Shown here in pieces: positions 49,703 through 60,247 of a DNA stretch of 64,000 bases (positions are counted from its first letter, which is position 1; each line of letters begins with the position of its first letter). The notes below the pieces were generated by a model, which saw nothing but the letters and a program-made list of their open reading frames with translations, was not told where the DNA came from and did no database searches. Origin of the DNA: Nemertoderma westbladi (taxonomy: Eukaryota; Animalia; Xenacoelomorpha); the NCBI GenBank assembly GCA_032718475.1, contig JAUCBJ010006608.1, positions 1-64,000 on the forward strand. Reading direction: 5' to 3'. The translations under genes were made by a program, and so were the position numbers.

Positions 49703-50558
49703 CCCATATTAACTTAAGTGTTATAACAGTGCGACCTCTGCTAAAATTAATTAATTCGCCTTGATCGTCACGTAAAGTAATTAAGATTGTTTTTAATTTT
49801 TTATTCAACAATGGGTAATAGCAAATGCTCTCGTATTCATGATTAATATATTTTCGATTTAATTGCGTTAAAGGGCAGGTTCTTAAGAGCGGAGCTAAAG
49901 CATCACCAACAAATGAGCTCTTAATAATATCAGTATATATGAAAATTGTATCTTTATTACGTGTTATATTCGTGGGAGCTGGAAAATCTAAAATGCCAAT
50001 TTCCGAAATTTTTGGTCCGCTATAATTTAAAATTAATATCGGCTGTTCTATATTGCTTAATTCATCTACTGTAGTGGTACTGTATATATCCCAATTCGGA
50101 ATATCCGGATGATTCTGATCCAATAATGGTTTTAAGCCTAGAATTTGTATTAAATCACCACGTAGACTTAATTGTATTTTTTTCAACTTTTTAGGAAATT
50201 TAAATTTAATTCTAGAATTATTTGTATTAAAAATGAATTCGAAATCTCTATATTTCGCTTCAGAATTAAACAGTTTATTTATATCATCAATAATCACTTG
50301 AATAGAGCTATGCATACCAGGAAATAAACTATATAATTTGGCATCTTTTGCATCTACCCCGATTGACAGCGAGATTTGAGTTTGCAGTGTAATATTACTG
50401 TATGTTGCTTGGTATTGAAGCTCAGCCAAACCAATTTTAGCGTTTGGACCAATATATAATTCTTCGGCTAAATCAACAGTAAACTCACTAGGATTATTAT
50501 TGGGGTAAGTGTTTAATGAGCTATCTGAAAGTAGAGTGATATATGTATCTGTGGCCAT
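49686..50558 (-). CDS. Minor capsid (penton) paralogue 1, 290 aa
   Basis: YITLLSDSS..YPNNNPSEFTV.L, IGLAELQY, IFIYTDII...VGD...PLLR, YYPL and ITLRDDQG. Confidence 0.9.
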   Translation of the reverse strand: MATDTYITLLSDSSLNTYPNNNPSEFTVDLAEELYIGPNAKIGLAELQYQATYSNITLQTQISLSIGVDAKDAKLYSLFPGMHSSIQVIIDDINKLFNSEAKYRDFEFIFNTNNSRIKFKFPKKLKKIQLSLRGDLIQILGLKPLLDQNHPDIPNWDIYSTTTVDELSNIEQPILILNYSGPKISEIGILDFPAPTNITRNKDTIFIYTDIIKSSFVGDALAPLLRTCPLTQLNRKYINHEYESICYYPLLNKKLKTILITLRDDQGELINFSRGRTVITLKLIWGGSDG

Positions 50559-50808
50559 TATTATTATTATTTAAGCTCTCTCTCTCTACTTGACTCCATT
50601 GTACATACAGCACAGTATAATGTTAAATTATAGACATCTGTGACCACGTTCATTGTCGCATCTTCTACAGTATATGCGAGGGATCAATATTTTACTGGCT
50701 TTATTTAAAACGGATGAACTATAGATATAGTAATATCATTCGAGTTAATATTGATTAATTACGGTCATATGCGACCAAAATGAATTAATATACAGTATAA
50801 ACCTAAGC

Positions 50809-51893
50809 TTATTGAATATGCTGTACCCACGACTGTTTCTTGGATCCGATGAATCGGACTAAATATTCTTTCTTCCCATTGCGTACACATTCTTTAAGTT
50901 TGCCAATATTTTTGTCAATTGGTAGATAAATATTACTATTCGGGTGGACCTTTTGGAGTTCGTATGAATAAAATGAGCCATTTATTATAGCTCCAGCGCT
51001 GTCCTTAATATCGAACATTACCGCTGGTACTCTATCCAACCTGACACGATGAATAATAAATAATTCACGTGTCCATTGTTCTCGATAGCCTTTAGCAAAA
51101 GCAGTACGATAGATAATCGTACTGTATCTCCAACTTTAAATTTTATTTTCTTGTGATTAATCTGTCTATATTTCCCATATAATCTATTCATTAATTCAGT
51201 TTCATTAAATTTATTAACTTCAATGGAAGTCATTTGTATTGTCCTATGATATGACCTATTATAAGCATAAATGAGCTTCGGTAAAATTTTTATCCAAATA
51301 TTATTTCCCCGTTGCGTGAAAATTTTGAACATCTTTGTTTTTAATGTTCTATTGAATCTCTCGACAATAGCCGCCTTATTCACAGAATACATTACGTAAT
51401 ACTGTATACCTAACGTATCTAAATATTTCCTTACAGATTTATTTAGAAACTCAGACCCTTGATCAGTCGCGATTCTGTTTGGTTTTCCTTTCTGGAATAT
51501 TTTTTGCAATATACTAATAATTTCAATACCCTTTTTTGTTTTCATACCATAGGCAAAAGCAAGCCTGCTAAAGGCATCAATACATGTTAATATATAGTTA
51601 TAATTATTATTTTGCGATTTATATTGCTGCATATCCACCAGATCTATCATATATATATCTTTTAAGCCTCCCGTAAATATTTTAGATGTTGGATAATGAT
51701 GTCTACGTGGAGCGTGAAGGGTGTATGTCTTTTGCCCGCTCAGCCATTTCTGGGCTTGTGCTGGTTTGATGTTTGCAGCTTTTGCTAATTTTGCAACACT
51801 TGCAAATCCCGCGGGGGATGAAGGATCTAAATAATTTTTTAACAGTTTTTTGTCTAAGCTTCGGCTTAAAATCGGTTTCATCTTGCGTGGCAT
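50809..51893 (-). pseudogene. int: RVE/c-integrase with chromodomain-like C-terminus; one frameshift near 51110
   Basis: YTLH, MIDLVDM, IDAFSR, TDQGSEF, VERFNRTLK, YNRSYHRTI and FKVGDTVR. The alternate frame continues FAKGYREQWTRELF...GSFYSYELQKV...YLVRFIG. Confidence 0.95.
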
Positions 51894-51944
51894 CTTTTCG
51901 ACAACCACAAGTAATATGTATATTCAAATCTCTTATAAAGGGCA

Positions 51945-52115
51945 TCACCGTAAGAACAACTGAAATTTTTTAATTATTTTCTTTGAAGTTGATGTTTTAA
52001 AGGGTTTTCTTTTTGTAGTATTTACTCTAGGTATATCTTGAGGTTTTAAATCAGTAGCTAACGGTTTACTCGATACTAAATATAATTTTCTAAATGTTAC
52101 TCCTGTTTTAACCAT
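51945..52115 (-). CDS. Small basic ORF, 56 aa (MVKTGVTFRKLYLVS...), possibly a shortened conserved Polinton gene
   Basis: ATG lies 2 nt after the upstream stop and the ORF fills the gap before the integrase. Confidence 0.4.
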   Translation of the reverse strand: MVKTGVTFRKLYLVSSKPLATDLKPQDIPRVNTTKRKPFKTSTSKKIIKKFQLFLR

Positions 52116-52117
52116 TA

Positions 52118-52501
52118 TTACCGTCCGCGGTTAATTATTTTCGCAATAGCTGCTCCAGCAGCGGCGGCACCGGCACTCGCGGCGAGTTTCGCACCAATGC
52201 CGAGTAAGGGTATTAGAAACGGTAGTATACCTCCAGATTGATTGCTTAACTTTTTTCTGTAACTTGATATATTTTTTGTTTTACAGTTGAGTGCTTTCGA
52301 TACCTTCTTATAGCGGCGAATATTTCTAAATGAATGAGGGGTCAATTGTACGTTACCTTTTAGAACATTTAATGCAGTATTTACAATGAGCCGTATTAAT
52401 TCGTTACTCACGGTATGGTTAATAAAATAAGTTCTTTGTTGAGGGGTAGCGCTGCGTAGAAATTCCAGTTTGTTACGATATTTCTGCACAAGTCTATTCA
52501 T
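52118..52501 (-). CDS. Conserved Polinton basic protein with QSGG cleavage-like site and hydrophobic C-terminal peptide
   Basis: ALNVLKGNVQLT...RKKL.NQSGG|ILPFLIPLLGIG. Confidence 0.8.
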   Translation of the reverse strand: MNRLVQKYRNKLEFLRSATPQQRTYFINHTVSNELIRLIVNTALNVLKGNVQLTPHSFRNIRRYKKVSKALNCKTKNISSYRKKLSNQSGGILPFLIPLLGIGAKLAASAGAAAAGAAIAKIINRGR

Positions 52502-52538
52502 TGTTGCAACATTATTGAAAATTGTTACAAAATATTAA

Positions 52539-53206
52539 TTATTTATCATTATTATTATTATTATTATTTTCGCTACGTTTATAGTCAATGTAATTTTTAA
52601 TGTAACAATTATGATTACGAAATATATCCGATCTAAATCTTAAATGTTCGGGTGTTTCCTGTCGTAAATCAATTAAGAAATGCGAAAATGGTTCAATTGT
52701 CGCATCTTGATAGGAATCAACTAAAAATTTGGTCTGCCCTGGTAACATCTGCTTCGCGAAATTTAAAACCGATAAACTGTCTCGCGGATTTTTCATTAAT
52801 ACTAAAGTATGGCTATTAATTGATCTTGTGCGGTTATGCTTCCCACCGTAAAACATGTTTTGCATTATAAAACAAATAAATATATTGGAATGATGAGCTA
52901 CCTTAGTAAACAATACAGTTAAAGCTGTACTGGACTCAGTTTCTGTTAATAAATCATCTATAATTAATAAATCTCGACTATTCACTAAACTATCTATATT
53001 TTCCGGCAAACCTTTGTAAAGGTGAGTAATACCCAGAATAGTTGGTGGATTGCTCCCGTAACAATATACAATTACTATGTATATAACAATAATTGATGCA
53101 ACTACAATATTAGAGTACTGCATATTTAATTAACATATGACACAACTACAGTATGTGATGCTCGCTGCAACAAAAGGTGCTATTTCCAATTATAGTATAG
53201 ACTCAT
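52539..53206 (-). pseudogene. A32/FtsK-like packaging ATPase with damaged N-terminus (no Walker A)
   Basis: VYCYG, LLIIDDL (Walker B), LFTKVAHH, MQNMF, KNPRD, QDAT and IDLRQETP. No GxxGxGK is visible upstream and that region has stops. Confidence 0.9.
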
Positions 53207-53219
53207 TTTCAATGTAATT

Positions 53220-53672
53220 TCAAGCATGGTGAGCATCTTTATACGCGAAATAATGATAGGTAACATCGGCGGTTTGGAAATCACTTCCCGAGAATTTCGC
53301 GCTAATGATTTTTTTATGTTCGCTGCTAAAAAAATAAGGAATATAGTAGCAACACCGTCGTACTATATTTCTATAAAAAATATTCTCCAATATTGTAAAT
53401 AAATCTCCTGGATCATTACTTTCCGCAGAAATATAAGTTATATTGCGAAGCTCTTTCCAATAATAGGGTTGGTATCTTGCCAACTTTATATTTAACTTAG
53501 ATATGGGTGCGCGACAAATAGGACAAATTTTAGAACAATAATTATTCATTTCGGAATATTGTATAATACATTGTACGCAAGTTGCATGTTTATTTTCACA
53601 TTTATAATAATCTCGATGTTGTTGCAATAACTTAGAATAGCAAACTGGACATTTTTCATTTAAAATATCCAT
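53220..53672 (-). CDS. RING (C3HC4) finger protein, putative E3 ligase
   Basis: CPVC...CENKHATCVQC...CPICR. Confidence 0.85.
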   Translation of the reverse strand: MDILNEKCPVCYSKLLQQHRDYYKCENKHATCVQCIIQYSEMNNYCSKICPICRAPISKLNIKLARYQPYYWKELRNITYISAESNDPGDLFTILENIFYRNIVRRCCYYIPYFFSSEHKKIISAKFSGSDFQTADVTYHYFAYKDAHHA

Positions 53673-53840
53673 TTTCCAAATTTTAAAGTAAATTGAAAAT
53701 AATTACCACAATACACAACAACAACAACAACAAACAAATCTGTTATACTGTATATGCAATTACTACTACAATTTTCGATTATTTAAAAACATCAAAATTT
53801 TATATATAATCATAAAATATTTATAATATAGAGGGAAAAG

Positions 53841-54284
53841 TCAAGAATCAATGATATTATCAACATATTCAACATTATCTGTTGATTCTTCAGGTTCGAT
53901 AAAGGATTCTTTTGAAATCATTACAATAAAGAAAGACATAATTTCGTAGGGGCTATGCCGATTTAGCCGTATTTCAAACTTTTCACCAGCTTCGTTGTAT
54001 TGTGTAATAACAATAAACCCCTCTATCATGGATAATAGTAAGATGTTGATTAATTTTCCCTCATGCTCAACTTTCAGGTTGTAATCTAAGAGATGAATAC
54101 TATTATCAGAAGCATCAATATCAATTGAGCTTAAAACTTTCCTGGCTTTTTCAGAAAACTCAATTTTATATTTATCATCTCCCTGACGGTAAATTGTATA
54201 ATCAATAACAATATAGGCTTGACCATCTTCTGCAAAAAATGAATGCCTTACTATTGGCATAACCATATCGGAATCAGAAGACAT
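53841..54284 (-). CDS. Hypothetical acidic Polinton protein, 147 aa
   Basis: Intact ATG ORF with a TATA-like (TA)n tract about 95 nt upstream. Confidence 0.65.
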   Translation of the reverse strand: MSSDSDMVMPIVRHSFFAEDGQAYIVIDYTIYRQGDDKYKIEFSEKARKVLSSIDIDASDNSIHLLDYNLKVEHEGKLINILLLSMIEGFIVITQYNEAGEKFEIRLNRHSPYEIMSFFIVMISKESFIEPEESTDNVEYVDNIIDS

Positions 54285-54851
54285 TATTTAATTTATTTTA
54301 TTGTAAATCAAACAAACAAAGTAAAAACTTTTAAACTAAAACCATTACAAATGATTAATTGTGATTAAAGCAAGAGATTATATATATATAAGATATTTTC
54401 AAAAATAATACAGGTCTTAAACTGAGAAATAGCCTAAATTCGGTTTATTGATTGGTTGATTAGCCGGTAGGGAACTACTGTATAAACAAAAAAATTATTT
54501 GGTTCTGCGTAATAATAATAATCACTAATGCTCGTATACGCGTAGCTGGAACGTGACGGAATCTCATGTATCATACTGGTTGGTTTGTTGATTTGGCGAC
54601 AGCAGTCGTGGAGTTGGCAATCAATATAATATAATATATGCATGATGCGTGTAGATGGCCACGTCGTTACCATATACAGTATACAGTGGTGGTGGTAACG
54701 TGGCAGTGGTGGTAACGTGGTGAAAAGGTGAATAACATTAGGGTTAGTCAGTCAGTCGAGTAAGGCGGGCATCGTGAGGTTAGGCTACGCTACGATTGGT
54801 TGATGGCAACTGCTGATGGTGACATATGGTGAAGTAAGGCAGACATCGCGT

Positions 54852-55049
54852 GGTTAGGCTACGCGTAGGTGAATACGCAACGATTGGTTGAAGGCAAGGC
54901 AACGACGCGAATCAATACTGTTGGTGACAGATGGTCATTAAACACCGCGATTTAGCACCGGAATTTGGCATTTTTAATAGCCCTCCGAGATCTAGCCCGT
55001 AGCCCAAGCTAGGGAGGAGTACGCCCAGGTCTATGTTTCTCCTACTACT
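54852..55049 (-). repeat. Right terminal inverted repeat (198 bp)
   Basis: Matches the left TIR and is followed by TSD GTTAAT. Confidence 0.97.
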
Positions 55050-55199
55050 GTTAATCTCTCATAACCTGATTTTGTGATACAGTCGCACAATTTTAATTTG
55101 TATCTCATAACTGGGCCTCGTGCTGCGCGAAGGCCCCACGAACGTGTAAGCTTATGCACGATGTATTTCATATAAATAAAAGCGAACATAGATGAAAAG

Positions 55200-55440
55200 T
55201 AGGGATATTTACAAAATATTTTAATAAGTTGAGCTCAATTCACTCACACAAAACCCGTGGTTCTAATACCGGATGTTTCTTTATCCCATCCACCGGACTA
55301 CTCGTGGCTCAGAATTCCGTGAAATATATGGGTCCTGTTCTCTGGAACTACTTGCCCAAAAACATTAGAGACATAAAAAATAAAAATAATTTTTCAAAGC
55401 ATCTAAAAAAACTATTTCTTAGATGCGCTATAAAAATAAT
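55200..55440 (+). mobile_element. CR1/L2-group LINE ORF2 3' end fragment
   Basis: HSHKTRG...SVKYMGPVLWNYLPKNIR.....FSKHLK. Confidence 0.7.
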
Positions 55441-55534
55441 AATAATCAATGGTTTATAGTGAAATATACACATCTACTGACTGATTTCTAATTTTATTGT
55501 CATTCTGTCACTAAACTAACTACCCGGACTAACT

Positions 55535-55910
55535 ACTCCATTTCGTTCTTTTTTTTAATATTACAAATATATATATTCTTCAGAATTACCTGGGCGCGGG
55601 TCACGCCTTCCTTTATTTTTTTTATCTTTTGTTAAATATATACTACAGATCTACCCGGGCGCGGGGCCACGCAGTCCCTCCATTTCGTTCTTTTTTTAAA
55701 TATTTTAAATATATATATTTTGCAGAATTACCTGGGCGCGGGTCACGGCTTCCTTTATTTTTTATCATTTGTTAAATATACACTACAAATCTAGCCGGGC
55801 GCGGGGTCAGGCAGTCCCTCCATGTTTACCCATCATATTTCCTACCTTTTAATTTTCTAATTATTAGGAATATATCATACAGAACTACCCGAACGCGGGT
55901 TCATGCAATG
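55535..55910. repeat. Tandem duplication (about 140-bp unit) with repeated CC(C/T)GGGCGCGGG motif
   Basis: 55537-55680 is similar to 55678-55822, with about 5 GGGCGCGGG-like cores. Confidence 0.75.
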
Positions 55911-56469
55911 CCGCTAAGAATGTAAAATATAAATAACTAAACCCTCCCTCCATAGTAGCAGCAGCTTCCAACGCTCATATCATCAATCGTTCGCTTCATA
56001 TCTTTAAATCAACTACCCGCGCAGTTCATTTAAAATACATATTAGTAAATACATGAACATCATTGCAAAATTTTATAAATGACAGGCTATCAGACCCCTT
56101 ACCAGTTCCTATCCATACATTCACCCTCAATTACCACCCCGCCTCCCTTTACACCCCCACACCCCTCTCACATTGTGATCAAAACAAAAAGCAAAGCAAA
56201 CAGTCGGCCGAAGCCGGAGGCGACCCCTACCTCACATTGTGATCAGTATTCATTAATATATTATTTTTCCTTACGTGGTGGCAGCAACCACTAGCTTAGC
56301 TATTAGCTTCCACCCTTTGTGGAAGCAAATAATAATTTATTAATTTATATCTAGGATAATTAATTATAACCTACTAGTATATGTAGGCCTATATGTATAT
56401 TGAATTTAATTAATTATTGTCGAAAATTAAAATTGAAATTAAAATAATTAATTATAAATCAGTTTCCGG

Positions 56470-57205
56470 TCTGCCGGTGTAGATAATGATGAGATCAGGC
56501 ATTTTGAACTTCCGGCCAAATCAGTCCAAATCAATCCTATGCGTAAGCTCAAAGGATGGTATGCTTGAGCATGTGGACGACTTCTGTTACCTGGGATCAT
56601 GGATCCGGAACTCAGGTGGGGACCTCCGAAAACGTAAGGGAAAGGATTGGGCTGCCTTGAATAGGCTTTCCAGGATTTGGAAGCCACTGAGAATTCATCG
56701 GAAAATTAATGTCCGAATATTTAGAGCAGCAGTAGTTCCAGTACTCCTCTATGGGAGTCCATGCTGGGCTCTAACTGCTGAGGACACCAAATCTTTGGAT
56801 GCCACTTTCACAAGAATGCTACGCCGAGTTCACTGTTCATACACTATATAACATTGGAGCTGTCTCATTAGTTCCCCCAAGCTTGACACTAGAATAAAGC
56901 CGCCTCCGCTTTGCAGGACATTGCTTTCGCGGTGAGAACCAAACAGGGCATAATCTTGTGATTTGGCGGCCTCATGGAGTGAATAAGCAAGGTGGACAGC
57001 CCTTTCTTAAGTCTTCCCCCCAGTCCAGTCTTTCTTAAGACGCATCTTAAAGGACACCTTACATGAAAATGAGGATGATCTAGCAAATGACATGTATGGT
57101 AGGGAGTTGTGGCGGTGCAATTTTGTCGACAAGCCGGCACAGCATTTATAATATATATATATAATGCAGCAGTAATGCAGCATGCCGATCCTAGTAGTAG
57201 TAGTA
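56470..57205 (+). mobile_element. 5'-truncated RTE-like LINE copy
   Basis: Same family as 4495-5440, ending in GATCC(TAG)4. Confidence 0.85.
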
Positions 57206-57912
57206 CAATCAATAAAATCAAGAATTATCGAGAGCGCTCTAGATATTTTTTTAAATTGCCATTTAGGGGTTCCATAGACACTGTACATGATTGGACAGCT
57301 GATAATATTGTTTAATTAATCTACAGTTCTAACATTAATGTGTAATACACTAATATATATGCGTGTATAGTGGTACAACTGACAGAACTACGTAGAAGTA
57401 GCGGTGTGAGAGAAATGAACATATAAGGCCTCGGAATTTACAAATTAAACGTTGTGGTGGGCCTTCGGGCAACACGAGAGTCTATATGTGAGAATATCTT
57501 AAATATCTATTAGACATAGCGAAACTGCAAAATATATTGACAATAATTTATTGTATTACAGTAGGCCTATATATATATACTGTATGTGTATAACTTATTG
57601 TTAAAAACGTTTAAAAGGACCCTTCAAAGGTTCTTAAGCGTTTGAAATTAATGTTTTGTGTTAAATTGTTTAATGTTAAATTACCAATTTAGAGAAAGGA
57701 TCAGGTTAAAGTGGCACGTTACGGTATTCCAACCAAAACAATAAACGAAAATCAATAGAAAGGTTACACTTTTATTTTTTTTGTGAGTAATTATATGCGT
57801 TATTTTCCCCTGGAGAAGGATGACAATTACACATACTGTAACTTACATTGTGTGCTTTTATGTCCTATGATTTACATGAAATTAAATATAAATAAAATGA
57901 TTTTTTTAACAG

Positions 57913-58746
57913 GGTCAACAAATACAAGAACAGGTTGCTGCGTTGGAAGAACTGATAAAAGAACAGTTTACAGAGTTGAAAGGCCAGTTTACAGAGTTGA
58001 AAGAACAGAATACAGAGTTGAAAGAACAGAATACAGAGTTAATTGAAAAGGTTGGAGATTTGAAAGAACAGAATACAGAGTTAAAAGAAAAGGTTGGAGA
58101 TTTGAAAGAACAGAATACAGAGTTAAAAGAAAAGGTTGGAGATTTGAAAGAACAGAATACAGAGTTGAAAGACCAGTTTACAGAGTTGAAAGACCAGTTT
58201 ACAGGGTTAAAACTGTATAAGCTGATAGCGCCTATCCTAAAGCATAACGATGGAGTAAAGATTCAGCAAAGAGTTGATGGATCTGTTGACTTCTATCGTA
58301 ACTGGGATGAATATGTTGAAGGATTTGGCGACCCGAATACCAATTTTTGGTTGGGGTTGGAGACGATCCACAATGTGAGTGAAGGCGGGGTGAAGTTGAG
58401 GGTCGATTTGTGGTTCAACAACGAACACCGATACGCGGAATACAAGAACTTCTCTATCGGATCAGCTGCAACTAATTATCGCCTAAATGTATCCGGTTAC
58501 CATGGTACTGCTGGTGACTCATTGACATATCTCAACGGTTTCCAATTCACCACCAAGGACCGCGATAATGACAGGAGGGACTACGGCAACTGCGCCGTAA
58601 AACGTACTGGGGCGTGGTGGTACAACTACTGCGTGGTCAGTAACTTGAATGGAGAATATGGTGCGGGGGATAAGAAAGGACCTTATTGGGGTCGTTTTAC
58701 TGGATTTAATCCGGCTTCTCGAGTTGAAATGAAGATTTGGATTTAG
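57913..58746 (+). CDS. Terminal exon of a fibrinogen-related protein (heptad coiled coil plus FReD/FBG domain)
   Basis: TTTTTTTAACAG acceptor (phase 0), (ELKEQNT)n heptads, IQQRVDGSVDFYRNWDEYVEGFG, FWLGLE, FTTKDRDND, GAWWYNYC and SNLNG. Confidence 0.92.
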   Translation, partial: GQQIQEQVAALEELIKEQFTELKGQFTELKEQNTELKEQNTELIEKVGDLKEQNTELKEKVGDLKEQNTELKEKVGDLKEQNTELKDQFTELKDQFTGLKLYKLIAPILKHNDGVKIQQRVDGSVDFYRNWDEYVEGFGDPNTNFWLGLETIHNVSEGGVKLRVDLWFNNEHRYAEYKNFSIGSAATNYRLNVSGYHGTAGDSLTYLNGFQFTTKDRDNDRRDYGNCAVKRTGAWWYNYCVVSNLNGEYGAGDKKGPYWGRFTGFNPASRVEMKIWI

Positions 58747-59342
58747 TAAAACTGTAAGTTTTATATAAAATTACTAAATAATTCCAATAGAGTTGCGTTG
58801 GAAACTAACTTTTATATTTAATTATAAAATATATAAATAATATTAATAAAATATATGATATTTGTGTGAAAAGTTCCTGATTAATAATAATGAGTTCCTG
58901 AATAAATATCGTTTTTTACTATAAAATTATTGACTTTAACGTTTTTATTATTTATTTTGCAGTTTGAATTCCCAATAAGTTTTAGAAGAGACTGAATCTT
59001 GGCTATTCTGCTATATGTTACCAGTTTATATGTGTGATGGTTATGGGTTATTGGTTTATGTTTGGTTAATATTTACAATATATTAATAAATTATAGTTGC
59101 AATAACTTAACTTTATTTACTTAACTTGCTGTTAGACCAGGAGGGGCTGGTTGCATATAAATCAACCTTAGCTAAGGTGAACCTTAACTCATAAGTGTTG
59201 CCTTAAATATTTCAACATCCGTATCAGTTGTCTGCCTAATATTACCTAATATATTTTATAGAAACATTTTGAGAACGTCGGAGGAGGTCCGATAGCAAAA
59301 TTAGTACTTTTCAAAATCTAATTGGTTACATTTTACTAGATA

Positions 59343-59466
59343 TAATCCGGCTTCTCGAGTTGAAATGAAAATTTGGATTTAGTAAAACTGTAAGTTTTAT
59401 ATAAAATTACTGAATAATTTCAATAGAGTTGCGTTGGAAACTAACTTTTACATTTAATTATAAAAT
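59343..59466 (+). repeat. Partial duplicate of the FBG gene's last codons and 3' UTR
   Basis: Near-identical to about 58707-58830. Confidence 0.9.
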
Positions 59467-60247
59467 TAATTTTTATTCTACCTAAACTAACTAAGGCTAA
59501 CTAAAAGCCAGTAGTGTAGCCAGTAGTGTAGTTGGGTCCCTCCCCATTGAACGAACAGCTTTGCTTACAGTCTGAGAGAGAGAAATTCCAGCCCCTAAAT
59601 GTCATTATTATTAACCTATAAAACATTTGAACGGCCCAGTGCTTATAATTCAATCAGCTTGTGTCCCACCTAACATAGCAGTGAGTACGGTAACCCTTTA
59701 GATATTCCCATAGATTTCACTGGAAAGAGCTATTCAGCTGTCGGTCTAATACATTACTATGTTTGCTTTCTTTCTGGGATTGAGTGAGATAGTGATAAAC
59801 TTATTGGCAAGTAATGGACTTCTGTGCAGTTTGGGCCTAACCATTCAATCAATAGTAGTAGCTTACTAGGCCCTCATGAGCAATCGAAGCAGATGTTTCT
59901 ATCATTGAGTCTATGGTACATTTCGTGCTTTGAGGCTATTTTTAGAAATAAAAACAAAGATAGATAAAGATAGATTGGAAAATATAATTTTTTTCGAAAC
60001 TTTTTTGTCCACATCCTGGGGTTGAGCTGCGTCGATTGATATAACTTTCATTGACGGACGAGCTATAGCTTCTGAGGAGTTCACCCGATATACATATGTG
60101 CATACTTTTACAGTAATAATTCCTAACGGTCTTCTAATAACAAATATGATATGATAACTTTTGCTGAAAAGTTACATTTTTATTACTTTAACATTTTTAT
60201 TATTTATTTTGCAGTTTGATGTCGGATATTTCCAGCTATAAACTCAA

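Larger units (their letters stand above)
38092..55049. mobile_element. Polinton/Maverick, full-length between TIRs, decaying
   Basis: AGTAGT/ACTACT termini, TIRs, 6-bp TSD GTTAAT (38086-38091 and 55050-55055), and pPolB, integrase, ATPase, protease and penton genes. Confidence 0.98.
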
